Source: an uncultured Ignavibacteria bacterium
GTDB lineage: Bacteria; Zixibacteria; MSB-5A5; CAIYYT01
Length of the DNA stretch: 64,000 nucleotides
Assembly: GCA_964617645.1 (NCBI GenBank)
Contig: CAZTYE010000002.1
Coordinates: forward strand, 374,648-438,647
Direction: 5' to 3'
Below, in pieces: positions 49,417 to 58,460 of the stretch. Positions within the stretch are counted from its first letter, which is position 1; every line of letters starts with the position of its first letter. The position numbers and the translations under genes are program-made. The notes under the pieces are model-generated. The model ran no database searches and was not told the origin of the DNA. It worked only from the letters and a program-made list of their open reading frames with translations.

Positions 49417-49747
49417 ACACAGTGCGGCGGCAGGAACCACTCCGGCTCACACAGTGCAGCGGCAGGAACCACTCCGGCTCACACTGTGCGGCGGCAGGAA
49501 TCACTCCGGCTCACACAGTGTAGCGGCAGGAATCACTCCGGCTCACACAGTGCGGCGGCAGGAATCCCTTCCTGCCGCGTTTCGGGCAGTCAGGAAAAGA
49601 TATCTAACCGCGCAGCATTGAACCGTCCAAAGCATTTCCATTGTTCTACTTTCGGCGAGCGAGTTAGTCCTTGATTTCCCTCGCTCCCCTTGATAATTTC
49701 TTCACTAACTTTCGCTCGGGGCGGCGAATGCACTTAAGGAGTCGAAG

Positions 49748-51265
49748 ATGTCTTCTGAACAACGTCGCTTGCCGAAATTGACATACAACTGGATCAGCGC
49801 GCTCGGCGCCTTCATCGCCGTCGCAATGGCGCTGGTGCTGGTCGTGATGTTGATCATCAATTTCACCCTCGAACAGACCGGCGCCTATTTCGGCATCTTC
49901 CTCTATATGGTGCTCCCGGCCATTCTGATTTTCGGCCTGCTTCTGATCCCGGTTGGCATGCTCCGCACCTGGCGGCGCTGGAAAAAGGGCGACAAAGTCG
50001 AAATCCCGACTTGGCCGCTGATCGACCTCAATCGCCGCGGTCATCGCAATGCGACCATTGTCTTCATCGCCGGCACCGTGCTCTTCTTGGTGATTACGGC
50101 GGTCGGCAGCTATGAGGCCTACCACTATTCCGAGTCAGTAGAATTCTGCGGCACGACTTGTCACACCGTAATGGAGCCGCAACATACCGCCTATCAGGGT
50201 TCGCCGCACGCGCGCGTCGCCTGTGTCGAGTGCCATGTCGGCACCGGCGCCGGCTGGTACGCCAAATCCAAGCTTTCCGGCGCCTATCAGGTCTACGCGA
50301 CCATCGCCAATGTCTACCCGCGTCCGATCCCGACTCCGATTCGCGATCTGCGTCCGGCGCGGGAAACCTGCGAAGAATGCCACTGGCCGCAGAAAACCTA
50401 CGGCATCGCGCTGCGCAGCTTCACCCATTATCAGTACGATGACGCCAACTCCAAGTGGACTACCGATATGCGAATCATCACCGATACCGGCGAACCGCAT
50501 GAAGGCCAGAAGGCCGGCATTCATTGGCATATCAATCCCGATGTCACGGTCGAGTACATCGCCCGCGACCGGCAGCGCCAGGACATCCCCTGGGTGCGGG
50601 TCACCGAAAAGTCCTCGGGCAAAGTTACCATCTACGAAGACGAATCCAACCCGCTCGATAAATCAGCTCTCGACACACTCGAGGTTCGCGTGATGGACTG
50701 CATCGATTGTCACAACCGCCCGAGCCACGTCTACCGGCCGCCGGATTACGCCGTCGACCGTGCGATTCAATCCGGATTCATCGATCGGTCACTGCCCGGC
50801 TTCAAAGCCGTCGCCGTCGAAGCGATGGCCGGCGAATACGAAACCAAAGATCAGGCGCTCTCGGCGATTTCGACGCGGATCAACGATCACTATCAGGCGG
50901 CCGGTTTGCTCGGCGACCCGGCCAAGCGCCAAGCGGTGCAGTCTTCAATCGCCGGCGTACAGGCGGCCTTCCGGCAGAACATCTTTCCGGAAATGAAAGG
51001 GATGTGGAAACACTACCCGAACAACATCGGCCACTTCTCCGACAAAGGCTGTATGCGCTGTCACATGGGCACGCACAAAAGCGCGGCCGGCGCGGTGATC
51101 ACTCACGATTGCAACGCCTGTCACACGATCCTGGCGCAAGGCCCCGAGGGCGCGATTGTCCGCGATTCGACCGGACAAGGCCTCGAGTTCAGGCATCCGG
51201 TCGACATCGACGAAGCCTGGCGCGAAACCGGCTGCTTCGACTGCCACACTGGCGTGCAACCGTAA
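49748..51265 (+). CDS. Membrane-anchored NapC/NirT-type multiheme cytochrome c (about 7 hemes)
   Basis: Three N-terminal TMs; CGTTCH (CX3CH) plus CVECH, CEECH, CIDCH, CMRCH, CNACH, CFDCH. Confidence 0.9.
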   Translation: MSSEQRRLPKLTYNWISALGAFIAVAMALVLVVMLIINFTLEQTGAYFGIFLYMVLPAILIFGLLLIPVGMLRTWRRWKKGDKVEIPTWPLIDLNRRGHRNATIVFIAGTVLFLVITAVGSYEAYHYSESVEFCGTTCHTVMEPQHTAYQGSPHARVACVECHVGTGAGWYAKSKLSGAYQVYATIANVYPRPIPTPIRDLRPARETCEECHWPQKTYGIALRSFTHYQYDDANSKWTTDMRIITDTGEPHEGQKAGIHWHINPDVTVEYIARDRQRQDIPWVRVTEKSSGKVTIYEDESNPLDKSALDTLEVRVMDCIDCHNRPSHVYRPPDYAVDRAIQSGFIDRSLPGFKAVAVEAMAGEYETKDQALSAISTRINDHYQAAGLLGDPAKRQAVQSSIAGVQAAFRQNIFPEMKGMWKHYPNNIGHFSDKGCMRCHMGTHKSAAGAVITHDCNACHTILAQGPEGAIVRDSTGQGLEFRHPVDIDEAWRETGCFDCHTGVQP

Positions 51266-51449
51266 ACGAGCGCTAGCACACCAGGATCTGCCGGACTCAC
51301 CGGTCGGGAATCTGGACTGACGCCCGCCTGTCAAGTCTGAAGTTGTCCCGGGTTTCGGCTCATACCCCCAATTCCGATCAGATTACGCTGAATAATCCAT
51401 TTTGAGGTGTATTCTTGTCCCCAAAATCTCCCCAACCGATCCCTAAAGT

Positions 51450-51467
51450 TTGTGATGTTTTTCACGA
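51450..51467. promoter_or_regulatory. Rex/CRP-like box 1
   Basis: TTGTGA-TGTTTT-TCACGA. Confidence 0.6.
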
Positions 51468-51515
51468 TACTATTCAACAAGATGCGAATACATGACAATT
51501 TCATGACAGTTTTTG

Positions 51516-51544
51516 TTGACCGAGTGTCTGAAACACAATAGTAT
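51516..51544 (+). promoter_or_regulatory. Sigma70 promoter of the porin-cytochrome operon
   Basis: TTGACC-17 nt-TAGTAT. Confidence 0.65.
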
Positions 51545-51567
51545 GCGCACGATATCATGGAGGACTT

Positions 51568-51585
51568 TTGTGACAGTTTTCACAA
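51568..51585. promoter_or_regulatory. Rex/CRP-like box 2
   Basis: Perfect TTGTGA-CAGTTT-TCACAA just downstream of the predicted transcription start. Confidence 0.7.
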
Positions 51586-51606
51586 ACACGCTGGCGGCTG
51601 TCACAG

Positions 51607-52599
51607 ATGACAAAGATGGACTTCATACTCTTTCACGGGGTTAGTATGCATAGACACCTAACGAAACCAACCCCGCTAATTCTGTGCATCACCACGACAT
51701 TGCTGATCGCTTTTATCGCCCTTGCCGGCCCCCCATTGTGGGCCGAAAACGGCGAAAGCGACGCGCAGTGTCTCGAGTGCCATCAGGATATGGCGGACAA
51801 TCTGGTTGACGGCAAACACGCACTGACCAAACCCAAAGGCGGCGAACGAATCGCGGTGACCTGCATCGGCTGTCACGGCGACTGGGAGAAGCACATGGAC
51901 GACCCGGAAGCCCACAAGCCGATCGTGCCGTCCAAGCTGCCGATCATTAGGCAAGCCGATGCCTGTGCTTCGTGCCATCAGAACGAGCATCAAATGACGA
52001 TGATCACGACTGATCCGCACAGTCGCAGCGGCCTGCCCTGCTCAAGTTGCCATAAGATTCACGACAACGTCAATGCCGCATCGCTGATCGATGCCGAAGG
52101 CAACTTCTGCCTGACCTGCCACCAAACGGTCGGCGCGCAGTTTGCGTCCCGTTCGGCGCATCCGCTGCACGAGGGTAACGTGCAATGCAACGATTGCCAC
52201 CCGATGAACGACCGCAAGGATCACCAACTCGCGCTCGGATTCGACTGGACCTGTCAGACCTGTCACGCCGAAGTCGCCGGGCCGTTCGTTTACGAACACC
52301 CGGTCAGTTACAATCATCTCGTGCAGGGTGGCGGTTGTGTCGAGTGCCACAGTCCGCACGGATCGCCGAATGAACGGCTGCTGAATCAGCCGGGCAACGG
52401 CGTCTGCTTGCAGTGCCATGGCGTTCCGCCGGGGCATCGCACCGCCCATTCCGGCATGGCGGTCAAAGTCGACTGCGTCAATTGTCATACCGACATCCAC
52501 GGTTCAAATGACAATCGCCTCTTCCTTGACCCGATGCTGACGACCACCTTCTACGCCAACTGTTATGCCTCGGGCTGCCACGACAATTTGAAGAAATGA
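51607..52599 (+). CDS. Periplasmic DmsE/MtrA-family decaheme cytochrome c
   Basis: Ten CXXCH plus a C-terminal CYASGCH; GPFVYEHP, CH.PHGS.N..LL and CHTDIHGSN family motifs; start 51607 or 51646. Confidence 0.9.
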   Translation: MTKMDFILFHGVSMHRHLTKPTPLILCITTTLLIAFIALAGPPLWAENGESDAQCLECHQDMADNLVDGKHALTKPKGGERIAVTCIGCHGDWEKHMDDPEAHKPIVPSKLPIIRQADACASCHQNEHQMTMITTDPHSRSGLPCSSCHKIHDNVNAASLIDAEGNFCLTCHQTVGAQFASRSAHPLHEGNVQCNDCHPMNDRKDHQLALGFDWTCQTCHAEVAGPFVYEHPVSYNHLVQGGGCVECHSPHGSPNERLLNQPGNGVCLQCHGVPPGHRTAHSGMAVKVDCVNCHTDIHGSNDNRLFLDPMLTTTFYANCYASGCHDNLKK

Positions 52600-54167
52600 G
52601 GAGAACGATCATGAAGACGCTTAAGCTATTCAGTATCGCGGCGATGATCCTTCTTCTCGGCGTATCCACTTCATTCGGAGCCGGCGGATCCGGCGAGGTC
52701 AAGATCGGATACGTCTATCTCGACGAAGAAGGCAACCAGTCGTCGTACCATCCGACATTCAACCTCTACGAAGGCCCGACCTTCTCGCTGGAAGGATTCC
52801 GCTATCGTTTCGATAACGGTCTCTTGCTGCGCGCCAATCTCGAGAATGTGATCATGAACAATCGCAACTTGAGCGCGTCGCTGTCCAAGCCGGGTCTTTT
52901 CGATCTGCGCGTTGGGCATGACCAGTTCCGCCGCATCTACAGTTTCGATGAGTCCGCCTACACGCGCCGTCACACCGAGCGCGCCTCGCTATCGGTGTAC
53001 GTGCTGCCGCAAATAGAAGTGTTCGGTGGCCTGTTGATGCAGGAACGCACCGGCAAGTCGGAGGATCTTTTCGACCCCAAACCGGTGGCGCGCACCGTCG
53101 AAGTCGACTACCAGCGCATGTTCTTCAATGCCGGTTTGCATGTCTTCCACCACGGCTCGACGATCACCGGCGAGTATCGCGGCGATCAGTTTACCGACAA
53201 CCGCTCCAGCGCTCGCGATCAAATGCGCAGCGAATTCCGTCTCGCCGGTCTGATTTCGATCCCGCGGTATAGCTGGATCAAAGCCGTCGGCGGCTTCCGT
53301 CATTACGAGACGAAATTCGACGAGAGCGACTTCGGCATCTCCAACAACCGCGGCTACGGCGGCGGTCTGGTGCTGCTGCCGCAGAATGTCTCGGTCAAGT
53401 ACGTCGGCGTGCTCGACCGCACCTCGTCCGATTCCGATTTCGTCGCCACTGATAACATGACGCATTCGGGTTATGTGTCCTGGGAAAAGCCGCAGAAATT
53501 CGGCTTCACCGCCGGATATCAATTCGATGTCAACGACGATTACGAAGACGAAGTTCGCGCTAACTCCAGCTACTTCAGCTTCTGGTCAAAACCGGCCAAG
53601 GGCTTCGAGTGGCGCGGCGAGTACGGCATGCGCAAGGAGGAAATCGAGGACGGCGTCCGCCTGACCGGCGACGAGGAATACAACCGTCATCGCACCAGCG
53701 CCAAGTATCGCCACGAAAAGTACGGTTCGATCGGCGTCAAGTGGGACAGCCGCGAGCGCGACAACGACCAGCTCGGCTCGTCGCTCGATATGAACCGTTT
53801 CGGCATCGACGGCGTGCTCTTGGTCGAGAAATACGGCCATATCAATGCCGGGTATGTTTACGGCAAAGGCGAATACGAAAACCGCGAGGCGATGTTCGAG
53901 TTCACCGATCATCTCGTCTTCGGCGATGTGACGACCAAGGAATACAAGGGCGTCACGCTCGGCGGCGGCGCTTTGTACTACCGCAGCAGGCGCGATCTCG
54001 ATGTCGAACACTTCAACGTGCGCTTGACCGGCGCGCTTCGCTTCTATCAGGACTATCGTCTCGAGGTCGAATACAACGCTTACAATTTCGATGACTTGCT
54101 GGTGCTGGATGAGTACTACACCGGCAATGTGGTTCAGATAAGTTTGATCAGAGGATTATCGTTCTAA
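52596..54167 (+). CDS. Outer-membrane beta-barrel porin (MtrB/PioB-like position)
   Basis: Signal peptide; alternating aromatic beta-strands throughout; terminal Phe; ATGA overlap with the decaheme gene. Confidence 0.85.
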   Translation: MRRTIMKTLKLFSIAAMILLLGVSTSFGAGGSGEVKIGYVYLDEEGNQSSYHPTFNLYEGPTFSLEGFRYRFDNGLLLRANLENVIMNNRNLSASLSKPGLFDLRVGHDQFRRIYSFDESAYTRRHTERASLSVYVLPQIEVFGGLLMQERTGKSEDLFDPKPVARTVEVDYQRMFFNAGLHVFHHGSTITGEYRGDQFTDNRSSARDQMRSEFRLAGLISIPRYSWIKAVGGFRHYETKFDESDFGISNNRGYGGGLVLLPQNVSVKYVGVLDRTSSDSDFVATDNMTHSGYVSWEKPQKFGFTAGYQFDVNDDYEDEVRANSSYFSFWSKPAKGFEWRGEYGMRKEEIEDGVRLTGDEEYNRHRTSAKYRHEKYGSIGVKWDSRERDNDQLGSSLDMNRFGIDGVLLVEKYGHINAGYVYGKGEYENREAMFEFTDHLVFGDVTTKEYKGVTLGGGALYYRSRRDLDVEHFNVRLTGALRFYQDYRLEVEYNAYNFDDLLVLDEYYTGNVVQISLIRGLSF

Positions 54168-54179
54168 GAGGAGGTTAGT

Positions 54180-55265
54180 ATGAAAGTCCTTAACGCACTA
54201 TTAATCGTCATGTTGGTGGCCGGAATGGCGCTGCTCTCAGGATGCGAGCGCAAGATCGTCAATGAAGTCGCCAACAACGACCAGTCGCTGCTCGGTTGCT
54301 TCGGCTGCCACGGCGAAACCAGTTTCGACGGCGCTCTGCAGCAGGCGCGCGGCGAATGGGAAAACTCGTTCCATGCTTCGGGCATCAGTATCGACTACAC
54401 GAACCGCCCCGGTTCGGACTGTCAGCAATGCCACAACCATCAGGGCTTCCTCGATTGGCTGGCGACCGGCGAAGAAGACTCACTGGCGCTTGGCACGGTC
54501 AGCGCGATCCACTGCTTCACCTGCCACGCTCCGCATGAACGCGGCGATCTGACGCTGCGCGTAACTGAGCCGTACACGCTGAAGAATGGCGTCGTCTTCG
54601 ATCATGGCGCCGCCAATCTCTGCGTACAGTGTCACCATTCACGCACGAGCATCGCGACTGATATCGCCGGCGGCGACACGTTGCGCTTCATTCCGAGTTC
54701 AAGAATGGGCCCGCATCATGGACCGCAAGGCGACAATCTGCAGGGTACGCACGCCTTCCAATTCGGCGCTACGCCGTATGCAAGCTCGACCCACGCGACC
54801 GTCGTTCGTGACGGCTGTATCGGCTGCCACATGGGTAATCCAACTCAGCATGACGGTTACCAGATCGGTGGCCACAGTTTCAATATGCAATTCGAATCCC
54901 ATGACGGAACGACCTATACTCTCGTCGGCGTCTGTCAGTCCTGCCATGCCGGCTACGCCGGTAAGAGCACATTTGATGATGCGACCGTGTTCAATAAGGA
55001 CGTTGATGGCGACGGCGTAGTCGAAGGTATCCAGACCGAATTCGACGGTCTTCACGACTCGCTCGGCGTTTTGTTAGCCAAAGTGATCAACCCGGCGACC
55101 GGATTGTTCCGCACGAATGTGAAAGTCACTCGCGGACAGCAAGGCGCGGCGTACAACTGGAAGATCTACGACGAAGATCGCTCGCGCGGCATGCACAATC
55201 CGAAGTACTTTGAAGCAATGCTCAAGGCCTCGATTGCGCACATGGTTGCCAATCCGATTCCGTAG
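54180..55265 (+). CDS. Hexaheme cytochrome c lipoprotein
   Basis: LSGC lipobox; CFGCH, CQQCH, CFTCH, CVQCH, CIGCH, CQSCH; C-terminal GAAYNW...D.SRGMHNPKY...L..SI; GGAGG RBS. Confidence 0.9.
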   Translation: MKVLNALLIVMLVAGMALLSGCERKIVNEVANNDQSLLGCFGCHGETSFDGALQQARGEWENSFHASGISIDYTNRPGSDCQQCHNHQGFLDWLATGEEDSLALGTVSAIHCFTCHAPHERGDLTLRVTEPYTLKNGVVFDHGAANLCVQCHHSRTSIATDIAGGDTLRFIPSSRMGPHHGPQGDNLQGTHAFQFGATPYASSTHATVVRDGCIGCHMGNPTQHDGYQIGGHSFNMQFESHDGTTYTLVGVCQSCHAGYAGKSTFDDATVFNKDVDGDGVVEGIQTEFDGLHDSLGVLLAKVINPATGLFRTNVKVTRGQQGAAYNWKIYDEDRSRGMHNPKYFEAMLKASIAHMVANPIP

Positions 55266-55329
55266 ATTCGTCCCTCCCGGCGACGTAGCTTTCAGGTTGC
55301 GGCCGCCTTTTGTTAGAGCGTTTCAAGAC

Positions 55330-55366
55330 AACCCTTCGGGTCGCCCGACCCGAAGGGTTTTTGTTT
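55330..55366 (+). terminator. Intrinsic terminator of the cytochrome operon
   Basis: AACCCTTCGGGTCG / CGACCCGAAGGGTT stem followed by TTTGTTT. Confidence 0.85.
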
Positions 55367-55518
55367 GCCCTACACTCGATCGGAACGGCGCGGCGCCCAA
55401 ATGATGGCTCCGGCAATTGCTGGAGTGCCACATCGGAAGGGACGCTTGAAAAAGTCAGTGAATCACTCAATGTGAGGCGGCAAGAGTCCTTTCCTGCCGC
55501 AACTGAAGCGGTCAGTCA

Positions 55519-55910
55519 AGTCAAGTAGGTCAGGAGCTCTGCGCTCCTGACATCACGCCGCAGGCGTGATAATCGTGGGCGCGAATTCACACCGTCCCCC
55601 GCTTTCGAGGCCGAAGGCCGCGCAATGCGCCAACGTCGCATTCCCACTATTTCTGTTGCGCAGAGTCTTCCGAGTACCGCGTGCGGGACGAGGGCGACTC
55701 GGCGCCCTCACTCCCACCACTCTGGTGGGGCACCAAAAGGTCTCGACGACCCCCGATTCCGTCATTCCGGCGAAAGCCGGAATCCAGTCAAGTAGGTCAG
55801 GAGCCCTGCGCTCCTGACATCACGCCGCAGGCGTGACAATCGTGGGCACGAATTTACATCGTCCCGCGCTCCAGCGGCCGAATGCCGCGCAATGCGCCAT
55901 CGGCGCATTC
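55519..55910. repeat. Two ~125 bp direct repeats (55519..55643 and 55786..55910) built from GTAG-type REP-like hairpins
   Basis: AGTCAAGTAGGTCAGGAGC.CTGCGCTCCTGACATCACGCCGCAGGCGTGA.AATCGTGGGC.CGAATT.... occurs twice. Confidence 0.88.
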
Positions 55911-55931
55911 TTCGGCGGCGCAGCCGCTTCA

Positions 55932-55991
55932 ATTCCCCTCTTGAGAGGGGTGCTGTCCCGCACCATCGGTGCGGGATGGCGGGGTGTGTCA
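55932..55991. repeat. Dispersed double-hairpin repeat (copy 2 of 12795..12853)
   Basis: ATTCCCCTCTTGAGAGGGGTGCTGTCCCGC-accatcggt-GCGGGATGGCGGGGTGTGTCA. Confidence 0.85.
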
Positions 55992-56115
55992 CTCGCGGGC
56001 GCATCGTCCCGCAAAGCGCAGGTCCTTCGGCCATGTGCTCCCACGCGCCACACTGCCCGTCGCGCAGGGGCGCTTCGCGCCGTGCCTTGCCCTTGTCATC
56101 CGTGCCCCACCGGAA

Positions 56116-56245
56116 GGGACAGTTGAAAAAGCCCTATAGGCTGTCACCCTGAACGAAGTGAAGGGTCTGTTTTCCTTCTGGCACAACGGCAAACAGATTC
56201 TTCGCTGCGCTCAGAATGACATGAATCCGGTTTTTCAACAGTCCC
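56116..56245. mobile_element. MITE copy D (130 bp)
   Basis: GGGACAGTTGAAAA / TTTTCAACAGTCCC ends; GGAA duplication. Confidence 0.85.
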
Positions 56246-56260
56246 GGAACGGTGGGATTC

Positions 56261-56297
56261 CCCCTCTCCCTGTCAGGGAGAGGGGCAGGGGTGAGGG
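56261..56297. repeat. CCCCTCTCCC-N5-GGGAGAGGGG..GGGGTGAGGG palindromic repeat
   Basis: Perfect 10-bp stem followed by a GGGGTGAGGG tail, a widespread REP-like class. Confidence 0.7.
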
Positions 56298-56713
56298 TCA
56301 TTTTCCTCCCCCAACCCCGTAAACTCGTAGCATTCCACTACAATTTTCCCCCATCGGACCCTTAGTAGAGGCACGATTGTAATCGCGGATGATTTCACCC
56401 GCCGATCTCGCCCTCGTACCTGACGTGTTCTTTGGCGGCCGCCATTGTCGTAAAAACGCGAACCGCGGCAGGACAAGGCGTCGAGATCAAATCCAAACTC
56501 CGGTGGCTTGCGACGCCGGTAACCGGATGCGAGAAGATCAACCGCAGTGCAATCGCTTCAGAACCGTCGTTCGGGATTTCCGGAAACGTGACGCTCACAC
56601 TGGGCGCGGCGCAACGTGAAAGTCCGATCAGGCACCTGATTAGCTCGAGCTATGCCCTATTTTTTGCGAAAGGACAAACTTAGCGAGAAACACGAGACTC
56701 AAAGAACCGACAC

Positions 56714-57178
56714 TTACTTCGGAACTCTCCCCGTAATCTTGGCGAACCACCAATGCAGATTATGCGGAAAACCCGGATTCGGGAGAAACATGAACGGACA
56801 GTGTCCTTCAATCACGTCGATATGATGTTCGCGGCAGTAGGCGACAGCGTTCGGGCTTACCGCGCCGGCTCCCACCGCGCGATACAGCCAGACACTCTTG
56901 ATTCCGGCCGCGTGACATTCGCGGACGATGTCTTCCGTGACTTCCGGCTTCGTCATGATCAGCGCTCCGGTGACGGGCGGAGTGATCTCTTTGACCGAGG
57001 CGAAACAATGCCGCTCGTCGATCAACGACACCATCGGATTGACCGGAACGACGTCATAGCCGCGCTTCCACAATTCGTGCATTAGCGAGCGCGAAAAATC
57101 CTTCGGTTCGCGCGCCACACCGATCATCGCGACGCGCTTTTGCGACAGGAACGATTCGATTTGTGATCGCTGGGTCAT
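56714..57178 (-). CDS. CoA-binding (YccU-like) protein
   Basis: VAMIG, VVPVNP, GIKSVW and CPFMF motifs; GGAGG RBS before the ATG at 57178. Confidence 0.88.
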   Translation of the reverse strand: MTQRSQIESFLSQKRVAMIGVAREPKDFSRSLMHELWKRGYDVVPVNPMVSLIDERHCFASVKEITPPVTGALIMTKPEVTEDIVRECHAAGIKSVWLYRAVGAGAVSPNAVAYCREHHIDVIEGHCPFMFLPNPGFPHNLHWWFAKITGRVPK

Positions 57179-57317
57179 AACTTCCTCCCGGCAGAACCAT
57201 CGGTCGGACAACTCTTCCATCCGAAGCTAAATACTTGATCGACTAATCTGTCAAGGAATAGTTTCGCCGTCCAAAACGCATTGCCCAATCACTTCGACTG
57301 CAATAAGTTCGCCAGCG

Positions 57318-58379
57318 ATGAGCGGCCTGCGAATCTATCAAATCGGCGCCGTGCCGCCGCCCTTTGGCGGCGTGGCGGTGCACGTGCAGCGCTTGCACGA
57401 ACGCTTGCTGCGCGACGGCTTCGACGCGCGGGTGCTCGATATTTCCGGAGTGCCGAAAACTCTTCACGGTGTTCGGAACATCTCCTTCAAGATCGCCGCG
57501 TTAAAGTTGTTTCTTGCCCGGCGCAGTCTCCTGCACTTTCACAATTTCTCGATTGCGGCGGCGCGAGCTTTTCATTGGCTCGCCAAACGGCATGAGACAG
57601 TTCTTTCATTCCACAATGAGCGATTCGGCGCCGAGATTGCTGCCGCTGCGAAATCCGATCGTTGCCGCGTCATTGCCGCACTGCGCTGCATGAAGTTCAT
57701 TGTTGTCGATGGCGAACACACCAAAGCGCAATTGGCTGCTCTCATCGGTGATTCGGATATTGTCAAAGTGATTCCGGAATTCATCCCGGCGACGTCGGAA
57801 CCGGACCCGGCCAAGACATTGCCTACGGAAATCAACGCGATCCGCGATCGCTATCGCTTCCTGCTGGCCACCAGCGCGTCGGATCTGGTGGTCGAACGCG
57901 GTCAGGATCGCTACGGCATCGATATCCTGATTCAGGCCGTCGCGCAGCTTCGCAAACTCGCCGTTGACGTTTGCGCGATCATAGTCGTCCCCAATTTGCG
58001 CAACGAAGCGCACCTCCGGGCACTGCAAGAGTTGGCCGCGTCGCTGCAAGTTTCGCAGTTTGTCTTTCTCGTTCGCGAACCGGTCGCCAGAATCGAACCG
58101 CTGTGGCAAATCGCCGATCTCGTCGTCCGCGCTACCAACACGGATGGCAATGCCCTGACGATCTGGGAGGCGCTGGCTTGCGGCACGCCGGTGATTGCGT
58201 CAGATTGCGTTCCCCGCCCGGCGGGAGTGATCCTCTTCCGCAATCGCGATATCGACGACTTGACCGAAAGAATCGCCGTAGCGCTGCGTAACATTCAAGC
58301 GGAGCGCATGAAAGTACGAAACTTGGCCATTCCCGATCACGCAGCGGAGATCATCGCCTTGTATCGATCCCTGATGTGA
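57318..58379 (+). CDS. GT4-family glycosyltransferase
   Basis: PPPFGGVAVHV; DG.ALTIWEALACGTPVIASD. Confidence 0.9.
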   Translation: MSGLRIYQIGAVPPPFGGVAVHVQRLHERLLRDGFDARVLDISGVPKTLHGVRNISFKIAALKLFLARRSLLHFHNFSIAAARAFHWLAKRHETVLSFHNERFGAEIAAAAKSDRCRVIAALRCMKFIVVDGEHTKAQLAALIGDSDIVKVIPEFIPATSEPDPAKTLPTEINAIRDRYRFLLATSASDLVVERGQDRYGIDILIQAVAQLRKLAVDVCAIIVVPNLRNEAHLRALQELAASLQVSQFVFLVREPVARIEPLWQIADLVVRATNTDGNALTIWEALACGTPVIASDCVPRPAGVILFRNRDIDDLTERIAVALRNIQAERMKVRNLAIPDHAAEIIALYRSLM

Positions 58380-58460
58380 AGTTCATGACTTGGCGGGAAT
58401 TGCGGATCGCGTTTGAGCGCGCTACTATTCGACGAAATCGGAAGTGACGGCTCGACTAAT

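Larger units (their letters stand above)
48944..49578. repeat. 32-bp tandem array (about 11 units) interrupted by two MITE copies
   Basis: Consensus CACACAGTGCGGCGGCAGGAATCACTCCGGCT; the last unit completes the palindrome GCGGCAGGAA-tccc-TTCCTGCCGC. Confidence 0.93.

Noticed and set aside
48944-49578. CRISPR array
   Set aside because: The 32-bp units are head-to-tail with no unique spacers, the two inserts are near-identical MITE copies, and there are no cas genes in the window.
51266-51440. Possible tRNA in the intergenic gap
   Set aside because: No cloverleaf, T-loop GTTCGA or matching acceptor stem could be built.
51557-51644. Short upstream ORFs before the decaheme gene (MEDFCDSFHKHAGGCHR; a GTG-started 24-mer after GGAGG)
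   Set aside because: Too short to distinguish from chance, and they overlap the operator palindrome; conservation or Ribo-seq data would be needed.
55210-56683. Many 64-97 aa ORFs downstream of the cytochrome operon
   Set aside because: They overlap the terminator and palindromic repeats in all frames with no recognisable domain; 56395..56598 and 56432..56683 remain unsupported.
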